This document shows, in pieces, positions 38,721 to 41,317 of a stretch of 41,317 bases of DNA (the first letter of the stretch is position 1; every line of letters starts with the position of its first letter). Under the pieces are notes generated by a model. That model made no database searches, was not told where the DNA came from, and saw only the letters and a program-made list of their open reading frames with translations. This DNA comes from Octopus sinensis (taxonomy: Eukaryota). The position numbers and the translations under genes are program-made. Location of the stretch: assembly GCF_006345805.1 (NCBI RefSeq), contig NW_021835274.1, forward strand, positions 1-41,317, written 5' to 3'.

Positions 38721-39050
38721 GTTAGTGAGTGTGTGGTGTGTGAAGGAGTATGTTAAATTAGAGGCCCCGGTCCTCTATAATTACTGGATTTCTTGAGTAC
38801 CTAATTACACAAAAGGTTGGTGGCTTATCTCTTTGGAATTTGTCAAATTTTGTAGAAACTGCTGAGGAGAGGTCAATAAGGTTCGAAAATGATTTAGGCT
38901 CTCCATAATATTTATCAATGTATGGAGGAATAGTTAAATTTGGCTTGTTTATCATTCGATCGCGTAGGCTTAACTATTTTACAACACACCTTGATACTGC
39001 GTGAACTCAGAAAATCGTTAAACATATATAGTATACCAGACGATCGTACA

Positions 39051-39435
39051 TGGAAGCACTCCGTCGGTTACGACGATGAGGGTTCCGGTTGATCCGAATC
39101 AACGGAACAGCCTGCTCGTGAAATTAACGTGTGAGTGGCTGAGAACTTCACAGACACGTTACCCTTAACGCAGTTCTCGGGATATTCAGCGTGACACAGA
39201 GAGTGACAAGGCCGGCCCTTTGAAATACAGGTACAACAGAAACAGGAAGTAAGAGTGAGAGAAAGTTGTGGTGAAAGAGTACAGCAGGGATCACCACCAT
39301 AGCCAGCCGGAGCCTCGTGGAGATTTTAGGTGTTTTCGCTCAATAAACACTCACAACGCCCGGTCTGGGAATCGAAACCGCGATCCTATGACCGCGAGTC
39401 CGCTGCCCTAACCACTGGGCCATTGCGCCTCCACT
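39051..39435 (-). mobile_element. SINE family B, full length
   Basis: Reverse complement of 9126 and 23447. 12-bp TSD GACGATCGTACA at 39039-39050 and 39436-39447. Confidence 0.92.
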
Positions 39436-39574
39436 GACGATCGTACAGATGATGTATTAAACATTTATTTAATGTTTATGCAGTACGTTAGGGCACTCCT
39501 TCCATCAAATCAGCATTGCCTGTACGTATGGCATCTGTAGGAATAAATGTGACGTATGGCACGGTATGTCATAC

Positions 39575-39708
39575 GTCAGATGTCGAAATGATCTCAGAGC
39601 AACACGTGGTAAAGAGTTTTTCTCAAGAACACAATTCACGGCACGGACTAGGAATCGACACCACGAACTCGTGATCATGAGTCAACACCTTCACCACTAC
39701 CGCGCACC
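39575..39708 (-). mobile_element. SINE family D, degenerate
   Basis: GTCAGATGTCGAAAT..AGAGCAAC..CTCAAGAACACAA..GGAATCGA parallels 30740-30954. Confidence 0.6.
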
Positions 39709-40482
39709 CTCCTATATACATAAATACATAATGCATACATACATACATACATACATACATACATACATTAGATAGATACATACGTACATATATACATACA
39801 TACGTATATACATACACACATACATACATACGTGCATACATATATAATACATTACATACATACATGCACATATACATACATTATATACAGGCACACAGAC
39901 AAACATACATACATTTCATACATTCACACATACATACATATATACATGTCATACATTACATACATATACCTATACATATCTCTTATTATAAAAGGCAGAT
40001 TTATCTGCCTCCCTTGGGAGTTATACAAATCTACAATATAGGATTTCTTCAATTACAATTTACCTTGCATTTTTAAAGTACAATGCATTCACGTCAGCCA
40101 GGTCCAGTTTTTAAATTTAAACTCCAATAAGCAAAATTTACAGAAAACTCACATTCTGTGTGTGTGTGTCAAATGCTTTTCTTAGTCTGGGTTACACCAC
40201 ACGCAAACGCACACACACAGTGGGCAACGAATAAAATGAAAGTAATTGACTTACTGTAGTGAGTGATTCTTTCACTCTGCCTCCCACTTCCTCTTTCAAA
40301 CACATAGACACCAAATATATAAATAAAATTGTAAGCTAACGTGCGTGTGTGTGAGTGTGTGTGTTGTGGGTGTGCGCGTGTGTGTGTGTGTGTGAGGGTG
40401 CGTGTGTGTGTGTGTGTGTGCGTGAGTGTGTGACAGGAAAGTTTTTTACGACAAATATAACACCTATATCCAAGTAGCAGAA

Positions 40483-40855
40483 AGATAAGACAGTAACGTG
40501 TGATTTGAGGGAGATTTGGCTGCTATTTCTACCATGTCTAGCTGCCATGTAGGGGTCTCCCTCATAGGCTCATACATAGATATATACATAGATAAGACAG
40601 TAAGGTGTGATTTGGGGGAAATTTGGCTGCTATTTCTACCAGGTCTAGCTGCCATGTAGGGGTCTCCCTCATAGGCTCATACATACATATATACATAGAT
40701 AAGACAGTAAGGTGTGATTTGGGGGAAATTTGGCTGCTTTTCTAACAGGTCTAGCTACCATGTAGAGGTCCCCCTCATTGGCTCATATATATATACATAC
40801 ATAAGACAGTAAGGTGTGATTTGAGGGAGATTTGGCTGCTGTTTCTACCAGGTCT
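40483..40855. repeat. Tandem repeat, units of 107, 107, 102 bp plus a partial unit
   Basis: AGATAAGACAGTAA(C/G)GTGTGATTTG...GGCTCATA starts at 40483, 40590, 40697 and about 40799. Confidence 0.9.
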
Positions 40856-41150
40856 GTTAGGCCTTCTCATGTAAACTCAAGCTTTCTCATGCCTTGAACT
40901 CGTTTTATTTTTGTAAGCATTGTACTTATTCTATATGTTTCCTTTGTCAAACCACTAGGTGACAGGGATGTAAACAAACCAACATTCGTTGTCAAGCAGT
41001 GGTGGAGGACAATCACAAGCACAGACACGCACATACACATACATGCATACACATATACACACATACATACATACATACATATATATATATGTGTGTATAT
41101 ATATATTGCAGCGTGGAAGGTGTTTGTAAGCCATTTAAGAAACACACAAA

Positions 41151-41317
41151 AACCGTTACATTCACTTCAACATTCAAATTTAATTTGCCAAAATATTTTC
41201 GTCGCTTTGAGACCGCGACCTGTTCACTGACAAAATATCGTGCTAACAGGTCGCGGTCTCAAAGCGATGAAATATTTTGACAAATTAAATTTAAATGTTG
41301 AAGTGAATCTAACGGTT
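41151..41317. repeat. Long inverted repeat (foldback/MITE-like), running to the window edge
   Basis: Arms 41151-41224 and 41245-41317 are reverse complements apart from about 4 substitutions and 1 indel, around a 20-nt loop. Confidence 0.92.

Noticed and set aside
38758-38955. 65-aa minus-strand ORF as a possible upstream exon
   Set aside because: The apparent donor is phase 2, but the next exon needs phase 1. The peptide lacks the expected F-x-x-L helix preceding the domain.
40483-40855. CRISPR-like repeat-spacer array
   Set aside because: Units are contiguous tandem copies without unique spacers, in a eukaryotic context with no cas genes.

Overview
AT-rich, microsatellite-dense eukaryotic DNA. 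Its SINE families resemble those I recall from Octopus, so the source is probably a coleoid cephalopod (inference, no database search). The only host gene I can support is a minus-strand tandem cyclic-nucleotide-binding-domain (cNMP) protein, CNBD1/CNBD2-like. Three exons are visible: 31350-31437, 8285-8478 and 4800-5109. They total 592 bp, splice in frame at canonical GT-AG sites, and are separated by introns of 22,871 and 3,175 bp. The gene probably continues beyond both window ends. The rest is intronic. It holds about 20 tRNA-derived SINE copies from at least five families, two CR1-clade LINEs, RTE, RLE-type (R4/Dong-like) and Penelope fragments, a decayed mariner, and MITEs. Most ORFs in the supplied track are microsatellite artefacts. 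Best leads: (1) a CR1 LINE and a SINE family share a 3' tail whose stem-loop shows compensatory changes; (2) a complete non-autonomous Helentron-like (HINE/DINE-1-like) element is nested in a split mariner MITE; (3) two minimal hammerhead-like motifs of the Penelope type; (4) SINE tail variants appear to insert at different target motifs (GGTAT versus ATTA).
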